A stretch of 64,000 bases of DNA, from contig CP075493.1 of assembly GCA_021613535.1 (NCBI GenBank), positions 1,550,001 to 1,614,000 on the forward strand, in the 5' to 3' direction. The first letter of the stretch is position 1, and every line of letters starts with the position of its first letter. The translations under genes were made by a program, and so were the position numbers. The notes beneath the pieces were generated by a model that had not been told where the DNA came from, ran no database searches, and saw only the letters and a list, made by a program, of their open reading frames with translations. The stretch is from Adineta vaga. Its lineage: Eukaryota; Animalia; Rotifera. Below are positions 1-13,983 of this stretch, in pieces.

Positions 1-712
1 CGTCATCTTGCACGTTGTCCACTCTCTAGTATCAATATGAGTGACACACTTCAACAATGGGAAAATTATGTTAAAGACAAACCATGTGTAGATATTCGAA
101 ATATTGCTGCACGTTTTCATGATCTTTATCGAGAAAGGGCTGAAAGTAAAAAATTAAAACATTTAAATGATATTTTTCCTCGTGAAAATGAGAATGATCA
201 AAAGAAAACATTCGATGAAAATATGCCTAAATTTGAAGAAAAAACGAAGAGTGATGATGAAATTAATCTATCAACACGTTATCCAAAGATTCGAAATGAT
301 CCAGGAGATTTCTATGCACAATTTACGCATTCAAATTTGAGCATTATGAAAAAACGACCGTATGAATCAAATGAAAGTTCAAATGAAGGTAAGAGAAAAT
401 AGAAAATTCTCTTCAACAAATCAATATTTATTTTTCATCAAAGGTCCGTCACCAAAACGAACATTGATTAGTCGACAAAATTTAATTAAAACAAAATCAC
501 CCGTAAGTAATAAATGTTAAAAGACGCATATTTAACACTATTAGTTCTCTTTCAAGGGCACAGTCAAGTTATCACGTTCACGTGCTTATACTGTTCCATT
601 TGTTGATCGTAAGTTTAATCTTTTGATTGCACACATCTATTTACATTCAATGATTATATATTCTTTAGCACCCGATGGTATTTATCTCCGTGTTACAAAA
701 GATATCAAGTAA
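1..712 (+). CDS. 3' end of an unidentified multi-exon gene (truncated by window start)
   Basis: Open frame from base 1 to a GT donor near 389, then three short exons (PSPKRTLISRQ..., GTVKLSRSRAYTVPFVD, PDGIYLRVTKDIK*) ending at TAA 710-712. No recognisable domain. Confidence 0.6.
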
Positions 713-1573
713 GATTCATTTTCTTCTATCATAAACACGATAATTTGAGATCTGAGTATACATATATTGACATTGACCGTCATAGTTATTACAGTCACTA
801 ATCATTTTTTACTTGAATGGTCTCCATTGATAAAGACTTAGAAATGTACGAAGCCTTATTTAATTAATTTTACACGATAAACTTCATATAAAACTTTCTC
901 TATTGTGAATATTTAGACGGTTACGAAAAGAAATTCCTCAAAAGGAAATTCGTCGTATTGCACGTGCACCATGGAAGAAACTCAATACCAATTTTGTCTC
1001 GTATGTTGATGATGATATAGTTGTACTTGATTAAATCAATGTGCATATGTGCGGCTTTCTTCTTCTTCTTCTTCTTTTGTATATAATACATAATCAATTT
1101 GTCTCTCTCTCTCTTTTTGGATCGGAAAGAGAGGAAAAAAAAGGATCGAAAGAATTTTTTGTTGTTGTTATTATCATTGACTTTTCTTCTTCTTTCGTTA
1201 TTCAAATTGTATGTGTAATGATGAGATGGTAAACTTCAAGTTCATTCATTCTCTTTTTCATATTCTATCAATCATTCTCGTTCTCTTTGTCTAGATCTTT
1301 CTTTTTTTTTCTTGTCCAAATAAACAAACCAACAACAAAACGATTCATGATTGAATGTCTTTTGATTACATATGCTTTATGTGCGTGTGTATTGATGTTT
1401 TCGAACATTGAAATGATATGCTCGAGTGAACAATAGAGTTGTAAATGACAATGATGAGGTGAAGGGCTTCCTTTTTCTTTTCTTTTATTTTCAATTTTGA
1501 TTGTATGAACACACATGACAAATAGTTGAAATTATATACATATATGAAGAGTGTCAAATGAACAAGTAGAACG

Positions 1574-4347
1574 ATGGACCAACTCAATGTTCAAAAATGG
1601 GCGAATTCATTACGGCAATCTCCAAGAAATGTCTCTCAGGTGAGATTTTTTACATGAAAACTAACATAGAATATATGAATTTTAATATTGTTTGTGCTGT
1701 AGTGATGTTTTACATCGGTATTGCTAAAATTCTCAAACAAAAATTTTCATCATATTCAATATTCTTTCTAGATATGATTGCCTTACTAATCTCTTTCCTT
1801 TTAAATATCTCATTATAAATATTATTCTTACCTTTTTTTGGATGTCACAGAATCTCGATTATTGTCAATTGGCGGCTGCAGTTGCCTCACCACCTACTCC
1901 TCATAAAAATCCCAATCGAATTCCGATACGTCAATATTCTGTTCCAACATCACCTGAATTTAATCTTTCGTCGAATGAATCATTCCCATCATTATCAATT
2001 CGTTCGGTAAGATTGATTAATCAAAGAACGAAAAAGAGAAAAATCTTTTGTACATTTGAGTCCCCCCTTTTTTGCTTCTCCTATCCATGCTGACTAAATC
2101 ACCAACGTTTATGTGAGAAAAGAATGAATGAAAAGTGGCGTCATTAAATATTCTATTGAAGTTTCTTTTCTTCTTTTGTTATTTCGTTTTAGCCACCTAT
2201 TGCAACTGATGGTAGTGTGAGTAGACAAAATGTATCGTCATCGTTGAAAATACGAGAAAACAAAACAACGACTGATGTAGGTATCATTTAGTATATATAC
2301 CTAAAAATAGTTCGTTGATTGTCTTTTTAGAATCCCAAATATTCGTTTACATTAAGTAAGAGAAGAAGAAGGTTGTGTAATACAACAATATATTACTGAG
2401 ATGATTTTTAGATTTTGCAGCTGTAAAAAAAGATTCAGAACAAAGTTTAAAACCAGTAAGTAAAGAATAATGTAAGAGAAAGAGAATTAACAATAATGTT
2501 GATTTCTTCTAGCGATTCTATAAATTTGATATGACATCAAAAAACGAACAAAAGATTCATTCACAATTTTATGATAATAAAACGTCAAATCTTCATACAC
2601 CATCATCAGATCAACATGATACAGATGCATTAAGTGATGCGGGTACTTACAACATTGATGATGATGATGTTGATCCGATACAAGATACAAAATTAAATCC
2701 ATCATCGTCAATAGCAAAACGATATGTTAATCAAAGTAAAACTCGTCATGGAACATTTGATCTTCGCGGAATAATTCCACAAACATCACATACGGTTAAT
2801 CGTCCTGTTGTTGATGTTAACATTCCAACACGTGATTTATCTTTATCATCAAATACTTCATCTGCATCATCGTTACATTCATTTGTTGACGATGATTCGA
2901 TTCATAGTCCATCAGAAATTGTATTTCAAAACAAATCTTCTTCTGATCAATTTTCATATACGACATCATCAAAGAATCAAATTAAACCAGCAGAATCTTT
3001 CGGTATGAAATATCTTCCGAAAAAAGTAATATTTTCAATCATTAATTATATTCTTTAGTCATATCACCAACATTTGAAGCAAAGACACTGCCAAATACAA
3101 GTAAATCTGAACGAAAAGTAGAAGTTCCATGGAGGTAAATCTATTCATTTCCTATGATTTCGAAGAAAAATGAACTCTACTTCTTTAGGGCAAAATCAAT
3201 GTTTACAAATGATGCAAGTTTACAATCAAAGTCCTCCACAGAAGCAACTCAACCTATTCAAAATACTACAGAAAAAGAATCTTCGCCTCCAAAAGCATCT
3301 ACTCGACCACATACATCGATACCATCATCAATTCAACTAAATTCTCCCGTATCCTATTCCGTCTCAACGAATTCTCGACAGAATGCGGCCAATGAATCAA
3401 TATCAAAAATTCCCACTAATAAATCATTCTTTTTACGTCAACAACATTCAAATACTGCTGCATCAACATCGAAATCATTTCAACCACAAACAGTATCGAA
3501 AATAACACCGCGTCAACCATTGAAACAAAGTACATCTATCGCATCTGCACCATCTTCAACACTCAATTCCAATTCACAAACAAATCGAGCGGTAGAATTA
3601 CGTCGTGCACGTGCACAAGCAAAAATCGAAGAATTAGCTCAACGTACGAAAAAACAATCACATAAACAAGAGAATACTATTAAGACGGATATAATGAGTA
3701 CTTCATGGCATAGTAGTACAGTTAATACACGATCGAATCTTCAAACAACGAAACGGCCGACTACCGTATCTGAACGAGAAAATCTTTCATCAACACGAAC
3801 CATATCATTAGCAGCATATCATCGATCCGCTTCACCAAGTCCTAATTCACATGAACAAAAATTGACATTATCAGAATATCGACAACCCGTGCGAGTGAAG
3901 TCAATCGATATGCAGCAATCCCAACGAATGACAGCAAGTGCTTTTAGTCTTGGAACGGTAGAGATCGATTTGCTTCTAAATATTCATTCATATACTTTTC
4001 TCATTTAGAAACATTGTGATACATTACGTGAAGATGGTCAAAGATTAGCAATAAGATTAATTCAACTTTCATCCGGCATTTTACAAAAATTAAAGTACAA
4101 ATTTCAATTTCATTCAATCTAATTCCTATTTTCTTTCGAAATAATCTAGATTAAATGATGCTATTATTGACAATGATACAAGTATATTTGAATTACAAAA
4201 ACTTGTTGAAAATTTACAAACAATTAATCAAACACTAACTAGTAGATATATATATAATGAACAGAATTCAACTATTTATATTTCTAATCTATTTTAGCAA
4301 TCGATGCTGCATTAACCGGTCCGATCAATGACGATGCTTTTGTTTAA
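1574..4347 (+). CDS. Ser/Thr-rich low-complexity protein with C-terminal coiled coil, weakly CEP170-like
   Basis: Spliced model: MDQLNVQKWANSLRQSPRNVSQ|NLDYCQ... through ORFs 2531-3058 and 3154-4008 to TAA 4345-4347. The motif LSDAGTYNID resembles the SDAGTYTIE motif I recall from CEP170. No FHA domain seen. Confidence 0.45.
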
Positions 4348-4581
4348 TCAAATGATACAATATTCTCTGATTTTTCTTCATTTTTCCGCTTGAATTTTTT
4401 CATTTATGTAATATATAAATATTTTTATAATATGTCAATATAAGTTGCTTTTCTTTTTTGTTGTCTACTTAGTATTTGTATCTGTGAAATTGATATATTT
4501 CTAACAATATCTCATCTTTATTATAGATACTTTCCGAATTAGAAGAAATAAAAAGTAAAATTCTTTTATATGAGATAAATT

Positions 4582-6515
4582 ATGCGACAGAATTGTCATT
4601 CAGTTTTAAAGTGGTCTCTCATAACAGGAACATCGACAATCTTATTGAAATTATGTTATGAATCATTTTTAAAAGCCACATTAACAACAACAACAAGTAG
4701 ATCAATGTCAACCTATGAAAATACTCTTATTTCTTGGGCATCAACTGGTCAACGTTCCGGATTGAATTCTAATCGAGAAATTGATGCTAAAATCCGTGAT
4801 GATTTACAATTAATCGGTACACAAATCTTTTTTCGACATGGAGCTCGTACACCCTTACACTTATTACCTGGACTTGAAGAAGTATCCTATAGTAAAGAAC
4901 ATATTCAAGGTTATCCATCATCGAAATGGGACATTAAATTAGTAACAAAATTAGGTAATGATATTGTATCAAAAGATAAGATTTCGTCTGCGAATGATGT
5001 GATTGGTGATCGAATTCGACATTTAAAAGTAGGAATTTAAAGAAAAAGGTCTTTTTTTTTATTATTGTTCTTTTTTCAAGTCAACATCTGGCGATAAAGT
5101 TGTTACGGGACAATTAACTGCTATTGGTGAAAAACAATTACATAATCTTGGAAAATCAATACGAAAAGAAATTATTAAAGAAGATAATAGTGGTTTAATA
5201 CCAATGGTTTATGATCCAAAGATTGTTTAGTATGTAGAAATGATTTAAGTTTATGATATCTAATAGATATCTATTATTCTAGTTGTCGTTCAACATATAT
5301 GGATCGAACTATTGCAAGTGCTCGATCATTTCTTGCGGGACTTTTCTCATCAACGAAACATAATGATGAGATACAAGCGAAAGGTAATTTAGATATTTGA
5401 AAATGGACAAATGAAAGATTTTTTCTTTTGAAAATCATATAGGTCCGTTTGAAATTGAAGTACATCATTTTCCTGATGAAGATATGGTAGAAAATTTCGA
5501 ATTCGATTTGATCATAAAATCTAATCTATTCTTTGATTTTAGTTTCCAAATACTCATGCATTTCCCATTCTAAAAAAATGTGTATCAGCTGTACAACTTT
5601 ATTCTTCGTTACATGATGAACATGATTTGAAAAAAGCTCGACAAGCTTTAATCAATCATATTGGTAAGATTGATCAATGTTACGTATACTTTCTTATCTA
5701 ATTGAAAGATATTCAGGAGTGAAAGATTACAATCATGGTATTGTGGAATTATATGATGATATTGTTTCACGACAAGTTTGTTGATCTTCTTTGAATCTTT
5801 ATAATATATTTCATTTCATTAGGCACATAATTTTTCAATACCAGAAGATTATATTAATTTAACCAAAGATTTTGAAATTCTGTCTGCACGAGAATTTATT
5901 TCTATGGCGTAAATAGTTTTTTTGTTTTCAATAGAAATTCTCGTTGAATATTATTTTTTTAGAACATCGATTGGTTTTGATGTCTTCATACGAGCAACAT
6001 GTGGACCACTTTTATATTTAATGAAAGAAAATTTTGATTCAATTAAAAAGAATTATCTTGAAGAAAAACAAACAAATATGAACAAGTCAGTTAAATCATA
6101 TTATAAACTTTGTATAGAATTTATGTATATAGATCATATAAAAAATTTTTTGTTTATTCTGGTCATGATACAACAGTAATTCCATTGGCAATGGCACTTG
6201 AAGTATACGAATTTTTTTTTTATTTAATTGAAAAATTCTTTTCATTTGCTCATAGATTTTTGATATGCGATGGCCGAAATATGCTTCTTATATTCTGATG
6301 AAATATTTCGTTTCGAAAACAAATCCCGAAGAAACATATGTATCAGTGAATTATGCCGATGAAGTAAATTGTTGTTTAATAGTGATTAATTTTAATTTAT
6401 TTCTATTTAGCCACAAATCTTATCCAATTGTGATAGTTATTATTGTCCTTATTCTGTATTCGTAAAGAATTTAGAAAATCGGTTTGAAAAACCCAAGGCA
6501 TTAATGAACAATTAG
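4582..6515 (+). CDS. ACP6: Histidine acid phosphatase, lysophosphatidic acid phosphatase type 6-like
   Basis: Catalytic RHGARTP motif, GQLT, RTIASARSFLAGLF, and C-terminal YSGHDTT (HD motif). Many short introns; stop TAG 6513-6515. Confidence 0.8.
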
Positions 6516-7537
6516 TTTTTTTTTTCAGTCAAAGATATTATTTTATTCTTAACATCTAGTTAAATTCTTGTGTTTATGTCATCATTGATTTTAATGAATT
6601 GTATCCGTATAATATTTTATTTTTTTTATATATTATATTTTATCTATTTGATTAAACGAGATAATATATTATTCAACACCACGCTTAAATTAGAATAAAT
6701 CCATTTTAATTGTAGAAATTAACTTCTAATTAATAAGGAAAATACAATAGACTGATTGAATGTTTAGTTATCAGTACAAGAAATTCTTTTATTCCCATCA
6801 TATGAAATAGAATAAAAAACTCGTCAATATTTGTTCACAAATTTTTGTTACAATAAACTTAATAACAATTATTCTTGATGACGTCAAAGCATTGTCGTCA
6901 TTTGCAGCTGTTTCACTGTTTTCCGGTACTTTATTATTAATATTTTTTGATTCATTGATGTCATTACTTTTAGTTCTACTCTTCATTCAATATCTTCTTT
7001 CATAATTCAAATTTTTTCCTTAAATAAATTTCGTTTTGTTATTCCTTCAGCTTTATTATAAACTTCATCATCGGTGAATCTAATATACAATAAGACTTGC
7101 GATTAAATTTGATTATTTATATAAGAAGAGCGATTGATACAATGAATATTACTTGTTTAATGACTCACGAAGGCGAAAGAAGTCGAGATAATATTTCTCT
7201 ATTCGATTTTATTTCGATTTACTGTTAGTAGATAGATAGTTTTCACATGAGTTGGAATCATATTGAGTTTTTGTTTTTCGATAGAGGGTTTGTCAGATTG
7301 AATTTCATTGGTTAGGGAAAAAAAGAAACAAAATAAATAAATTGTTTGCTTGCTGTCATACATACATACATAACGTCATCTCACGACACGATATAGATAG
7401 GAGAAGTAGAGAAGAAAATTTTTTTTCGTAGGAATGTTTTTAAAACAAGAATCAGATTATTACGAAATATTCTTTTATTTTTTTAGACTTTATATGTAAC
7501 TCAATCGTATGCAAAAGATACATAATATTTAGTAAAA

Positions 7538-10500
7538 ATGTCACCAGCACCGACTGTGACACATGAGACAATGATATTGAGTGAAGTATCAACTACAACT
7601 TTACTCAATGGTATCTCATCATCTGATGAACTCGATGCAAATATGTTACATATGCAAGAAATGGATCTTGGGTCAGTTTCTTTCTTTCTTTTCCTTATGA
7701 AATTCTTTACTTTGTTTCTTTGTTTCATTCTTAGTTCCTTAGCGATTAATCCAATGGAAGATAACGATTCATCCGAAGATGATGGTGAACCTCCTCTACT
7801 AACTTCAGATTCCATGCCTCCACTCACAACTTGTTCAATTCCTACCACTTCACTTGATGTACATGATCCACCAGTTGTTCTTCGTTCAACTCCTCTTGCA
7901 CAAATTGAAGTTCGATGTCAAACAACTCAACTTCCTAATAGTACAAATAGTGTTAATAGTAGTGGTTTAATTGGAACATTTTTTGGATGTTTTAAACCAA
8001 TCCTTTCTGCAATGAATAAATTCGGTGAAAATATGAAATATACCAAAGATATGACCATCAGTACCTTGACAAGACCATCAGTCGATTGGGAAATTCCAAT
8101 TGATCACATAATGAATGATTTACAATTGATTGGTAGAGGTATTGAAGGATCAGTTTTTCATGGTAAACTTAATGGTCAAGATGTTGCATGTAAACGAGTG
8201 AAAAATAAAGAAGAAACAAATATAAAACATTTGAAAAAATTAAATCATGTCAATGTAATTAAATTTCGAGGTTAGGTTTTTTATTTGTGATTAAAATTTT
8301 AATCTTTAATTTTATTTAGGTATTTCAATCGCATCACCTTTCTTTTATATCGTAATGGAATATTGTGCCTATGGTTCTCTATATGATTTATTAAAACGAC
8401 GTCGTGACAATCGTTCATGTACAAAACCAACGCAAGTTCTTGATTGGTCACGACAAATTGCGAGCGGTGTCGATTATCTACATTCAAATAAAATTGTACA
8501 TCGAGATTTAAAGTCACCGAATATTCTTTTTTCTGATGAACGAACTTTAAAAATATCAGATTTTGGTACAAGCAAAGAATTGGGCAATCGAAGAAGTCAG
8601 ATTATGTCATTTGGTGGAACAAGTGCTTGGATGGCACCTGAAGTTATTCGACAAGAACTTTGCTCGGAAAAGATTGATGTCTGGTAAGAAGAGTTTTTCA
8701 TTGTCGAATTTAGTTATTATTTCAGTTGTTAATGATAAAATAATGAAATTCGATCTGTAGTTGATGCCAGACATCAATAAATCAATGTTGAAATCTGATC
8801 TTTTTCATTGAATTAATATTCATTTCAGGTCATTTGGTATTGTTGTATGGGAAATTTTAACATGCGCCGTGCCTTATAATAATATCGATCCAAGTGCAGT
8901 CATGTGGGGTAAGTTTGATCTCTCTCTCTTTCGTGAATAATCATTGATGTTTCTTGCAAATTCTATTAGGTGTTGGTAAAGGTAGTTTAACATTACCAAT
9001 TCCAGATTCTGTACCTGAAGGCTTTAAATTATTAATGAAAATGTGTTGGAATCAACGGCCAGCAGATCGTCCATCATTTCCTGAAATGATTAAACATTTA
9101 GATTGTAGTGAACCAAATATAGTTCTATTCGAACGTGAACAAGAATACGCTGAATTAACACGTGTATGGTCAATTGAAATCAATGAACATCTATCGAAAT
9201 TTCCAACGATTGATATTTCCTCAACACTTCAAATGAGTCATGATGAATTATTAAAAAAACGTCAAGAAGAATTACAACATATTGTTGATATTCGTACACA
9301 TTATCAAAAACGTATACAACAAGTTGATACATTGTATATAGAAATGAAATCAATGATGATGCAATTAGAACAACGTGAACGTGTAATTAAGGAAAAAGAA
9401 CGTCTTCTAAAAATACATGGAAAGAAACAAACAATAAACCCTATATCCGAAGCAAGAAAGAAATCTTTAGAACTTATTAAAATAGCAACATCGAATTTAA
9501 ATGATCCAATGCATTTTTTATTAAATAAGAAACGATATGAAAAGAAATCAATTCATGGATGTTAGTAAACAATGATTTTCTTTAGGAAAAAGAAGAATTT
9601 TCATTTGTTGTCTTTTTTTTGTCTAGCTTTAAATAATCAATCAACAGAAAGTCCAACATCACTTCCATCATCTATAAGAAAAATCAATCAAAATTCTTCA
9701 CAACGTCGTAAAAGTTCGAATAGTCGTCGAAATGAGACAAAAAATAATTCAGTCATTGAAGATCAAGATAAAAGACGATCATCGATTAATATTACAAATA
9801 ATATGACTACAGTTGTGTATACTTCAGATCAAGCATTAAATTCCTCGTCTGAAATGATCCCTGTGACAGCAATTAATTCGCCACTACCAACAATTTCAGG
9901 TGAAATTGATTTGAAATCAAATATAAGAAATCGTCAATTAAATCCGAAAAATCTTAAACTTGATCTACAAAATTCGAAAACATCATCCTTACCTCCATCG
10001 AATCGTCAACGAAATCTACCTGAATCTGCCGTAACTCAACGTAAATCATCTAGTAGTGGTCCCGAAGATTTTGATACGAATCATCGTCATACATATCCTC
10101 GACAACGTCTACGTCGTACTATAAATTCGTCCAATAAAACGCGTTCTCCTTCAATTAAATCTAATGATCAACTTCCATTACAAACTATTGAAACGAATGA
10201 AACATATAAACATGGGAAAAATGTTATATTTCAATTATCACCAACGACGCAACGTAAATTAACACGACATCTTACTTATACATCATCAGAAGAAGGTGAA
10301 GTTGAAGAAATCCATAGTGATAGTTATATTCTTGATGATGAAAAGCGTCGTGCTAAACATGATCAATCATACGGAAATTTCTCATCTGAAGGAGAAATTT
10401 ATGGAGAAAAATCGACTCAATCATCTTCGAAAAGTGATGGTAAATATATTGAACTTTGATTTGTAATAATTGTTATGATATTTTAGGTACGTTTTCGGAT

Positions 10501-10578
10501 GAAGGTGGACATGTTTCCGATGGTCGTCCTGAATCAGGAGAATCCATATTGAACAGTGAATATATCGATGAAGAATGA
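7538..10578 (+). CDS. MAP3K13: Dual leucine-zipper kinase (DLK/LZK, MAP3K12/13 family)
   Basis: GCFKPI, WEIP, ETNIKHLKKLNH, HRDLKSPNIL, ISDFGT, AWMAPEVIR, DVWSFG, MWGVG..SLTLPIP, leucine zipper RQEELQHIVDIRTHY, and SSEEGEVE. Last exon ends at TGA 10576-10578. Confidence 0.9.
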
Positions 10579-11014
10579 TCGAGAAATTATATCTCGTCGT
10601 TTTCTTTTCCAATCAAAATGTCATGTGCCCATCGATGCTTACGTTGTTCAAGTATGTCGGTTTTCTAATCAAAAAATGGATCATTGGCATACGCATCTAT
10701 ATATTCAATAATCTATTTTTCTTTTCCTTGTCAATATTCTATCTTGTCATTTTCAATTGTAGCTTTGTTTTTTAAAGAAAGAAAGACGATTTTCTTGCAA
10801 TTTGTTTACATAGTTTTGTCCATGATCAGTGCTAAATTGTATTAATTTGCTTAAGTGTTTTGTGTAACAAAAACGTCTTTTTTCTTGTTTTTTTTTCAAC
10901 GTTCTAAATAAGATTTATTGTTCTTCTTTTCATTTTCTGATAACAGTAAATGTATTACAATCTTTCGATTATCTATATTCTTTCTTCGTTTATGTTCTAG
11001 ATTCAAAATTTATT

Positions 11015-12869
11015 ATGACAGAAAAACTTTCCTCAGTTGAAGAAACCGTTGTCAATGGTGATATCGTAACGACAGTTACAAAAACAAAAACTGTATGAAG
11101 ATTACTTTTCGAATTTTCCTTTTAATATAAAACCATTATGTACTATAGATAAATCCAGATCATACAATCACAACGACAACAACTGTCGATAAAACTGATC
11201 AGTAAGAATTGTTCATCTGTAATAATCTCCATGAGCTGTCTAATTCGAATATAAATGCACACTCAACTATTTGATATCATTTCGAAAATAAATCACGAAA
11301 CTTGAGGCAGAGCTTTTCCATAGAATAGGAATATAGTTTTATTTTGATTACCATTCATTATTATTCTGCTTACAAATTATATTTATGAATAACGAAGTTT
11401 AAATCATTATTTCTATTCGAAGTCCAATAAGACAGCTACTTTAATATATGATTGTTTATGTTTATGTTTAGTGCGGATGAAGATAATCATATGACAACGC
11501 TCAGTCAAACAACAACAACACCTGAATTAGAAAAACAAATCATTCGACAAATCGAATATTATTTCAGTGATGTCAATATGATTCGTGATAAATTTCTTAA
11601 GGATGAAGTGGTTAAAGATCAAGGTTGGATTCCATTATCTGTGTTAACAACATTTAAACGTCTTCAATCTTTAACTACCGATTGCAAAACAATTATGAAT
11701 GCATTGAAAAATTCTGTCTCAGGTCTTCTTCAATTAGATGAAAGCGAAAATAAAATTCGTCGTCATCCAGATCGTCCAATACCTAATAGTCAAGCTGAAC
11801 TTGAATTAGCATTACGAGATCGTACTGTTTGTGTTGAAGGTTTTCCTCCAACAGATGATGTAACATTAGATAAATTACTTCAATTTTTCGAAAAATATGG
11901 TTCAACTGATAATATTCAAATGAAAAAGAAGTATAAATCAAAAGATTTTAGTGGATCTGTATTTGCCGTATTTCCCAATGAGAAAAAAGCACGTGAATTT
12001 GTAGAAAATTCTAAACAAACACCTATTAAATATGATGATGGATCATTCTTGGAATGTTCTCTGCAAGATCACACGACAATGCGAGGAAAAGAAAAACAAG
12101 CAAAGAAAGAAAAGAAACAAGAAGAATTTGATAAAAAAACAAATGAACATTTGGAAAAATTAAATAGTGAAAATTTTCTCGGTGCTGTCATTCATCTTGC
12201 TGGTAAGATATTCTGATATGTATACTGAATGTTCGTGTTGTTAAATGAAAATCGATTGTATTCACATCGAATTTGATCGGTTCTCATCATATATATATAT
12301 TTTTTTTTTTTCTACAGGTATGGCTGCTGATGCAACACGAGAACTAATTAAAGAGAAATTTCTTCCATTTACAAAACTGCCATGGGTTGATTTCAATCGC
12401 GGTGATCCAGAGGTAAATATTTTTTTTTGAAAGTGTTATTCGATAGTTTAATTACAAATCTATGTAATTGTATTTAAGGCATGGATACGATTAAATGAAG
12501 CAAATACAGCAAAAGACGTTTTAGATAAAGTGTTAGCAGCTGGAAACGGTAAACTGGTTATTAGTGATAAAGAAGTAAATAGTCGAGTTATAGAAGGTGA
12601 AGAAGAAACTCAATTTTGGAAACAAGCGAATGAAAAACGAGCTGCTCAACGAACTCATAAAAACGAACGTCCTGGTAGAAAACGAGGTGGTTTTAACAAG
12701 AAAAACCGTCGTGGTGGACAGAAACGAAAAAATAATCAAAGTATGTTCTGATAGAAATCATCAGTAAGCATGTAACTTTGTTTTCTTAGATCAAAGTGAT
12801 GAATCGGATGATGATAATGACAATGATACGTCTAGTAAATCAGATTCATCGAAAAAAGTGAAGGTTTAA
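11015..12869 (+). CDS. SSB: La autoantigen (La motif + RRM1 + RRM2)
   Basis: La motif IIRQIEYYFSDVNMIRDKFL...GWIPLSVLTTFKRL, RNP FSGSVFAVF, second RRM WVDFNRGD, and a basic/acidic tail. Two small 5' exons (from 11015) splice in frame onto the acceptor at 11471. Confidence 0.88.
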
Positions 12870-13508
12870 CTACTCATCAGATCAATATTCTGTTTTTGTT
12901 TTCATTGTTCTTTTTTTCTCATTGTTATTAGATCATTTTCCCAATGGGAATTATTGTTTTTCATGATCTCCTATCATGTTTAGGATAAATGACTTATTTC
13001 TTCGAAATAAATCATGTTAATATTACCATTAAAATTAGTTTTGAAAAGAGAGGCATAATCATCAACAGATTTATGTTTCAATGTTGTTCGAGTGTGTAAC
13101 ACTTTGTTAAAATACTATGTCAATTTTCAATTTAACTTCATTCGTAAAACGCAATAGCTACAGGAAAAAATGAAGAATTTCTAATCGTGTAAAAAAAGCT
13201 AAGAATAGATACTTTTCATAAATACTTTCAGTACACTAATGATGAATAAAAATGATGATTTCTTGTATGACAAGTAACATCATCGCTCTACTGTGATGTT
13301 AAATCACTTTCATGGAATAGCATCGATGACAAATGATTCTCACATGCGCCACGTTCTTTTATTGATTGAGCGAAAAGAAAAAAACAAATAAAAAGCCAAA
13401 GAATAAGGTTTAGGATTAACTAAGAAAAGCCGTAAAAAATCAAAGAACGTTTAGAACAATTGATTTTGTGCAAAAAGTTCTTTTATTATTAATCGATTAT
13501 GCAATTAT

Positions 13509-13983
13509 TTATTCGTCATCACCACCAGCAGCTCGATTTGCTGCTGCAACGCCTGGTGGTGTCGCATAGTTTGGTTTATTTCTAGATAAAAGAAGCAAAT
13601 GAGTAATTTAATGATCTCAGACAGAAACATGTCTACATACGGAAGTGATTCAGTATTTCCGAATCGATCACCGGTATCCATAGCAAGTGCACCAGCTCCA
13701 ACACCGAATCCAACACCACGAATACCAAATTTACGAGCATAACATTGTTTGCAAAATACATTACCTTCATGTTCAGCCATAGTCATTGCTTCTAACATTT
13801 TCTTGCAAAGACCTTTAGTAAAATTGAATATGACTATTTTTACTATCAATAAGAAAATGTAGACATACCACATCGATAACAAGTTTTATGCCACATTTTT
13901 CCAGCAGCTGGTATTGATTCAGCATGGAAAACAGCTTGATTGCATCGTGGACAACGATTAATTTCTTGATTTCCGAATGGCAT
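13509..13983 (-). CDS. Single-LIM cysteine/glycine-rich protein (CRP/MLP family)
   Basis: CPRCNQAVFHAE..AAGKMWHKTCYRCGLCKKML...FCKQCYARKFGIRGVGFGVGAGAL: a LIM domain followed by the Gly-rich CRP repeat. Three coding exons. Confidence 0.9.

Noticed and set aside
900-1560. Several short ORFs on both strands
   Set aside because: Low-complexity A/T- and CT-rich promoter/UTR sequence, and the translations are compositionally biased.
6798-7090. Small minus-strand ORF with a hydrophobic end
   Set aside because: Its ATG directly follows a stop, upstream frames are interrupted and no convincing exon structure was found. It could be a decayed fragment.
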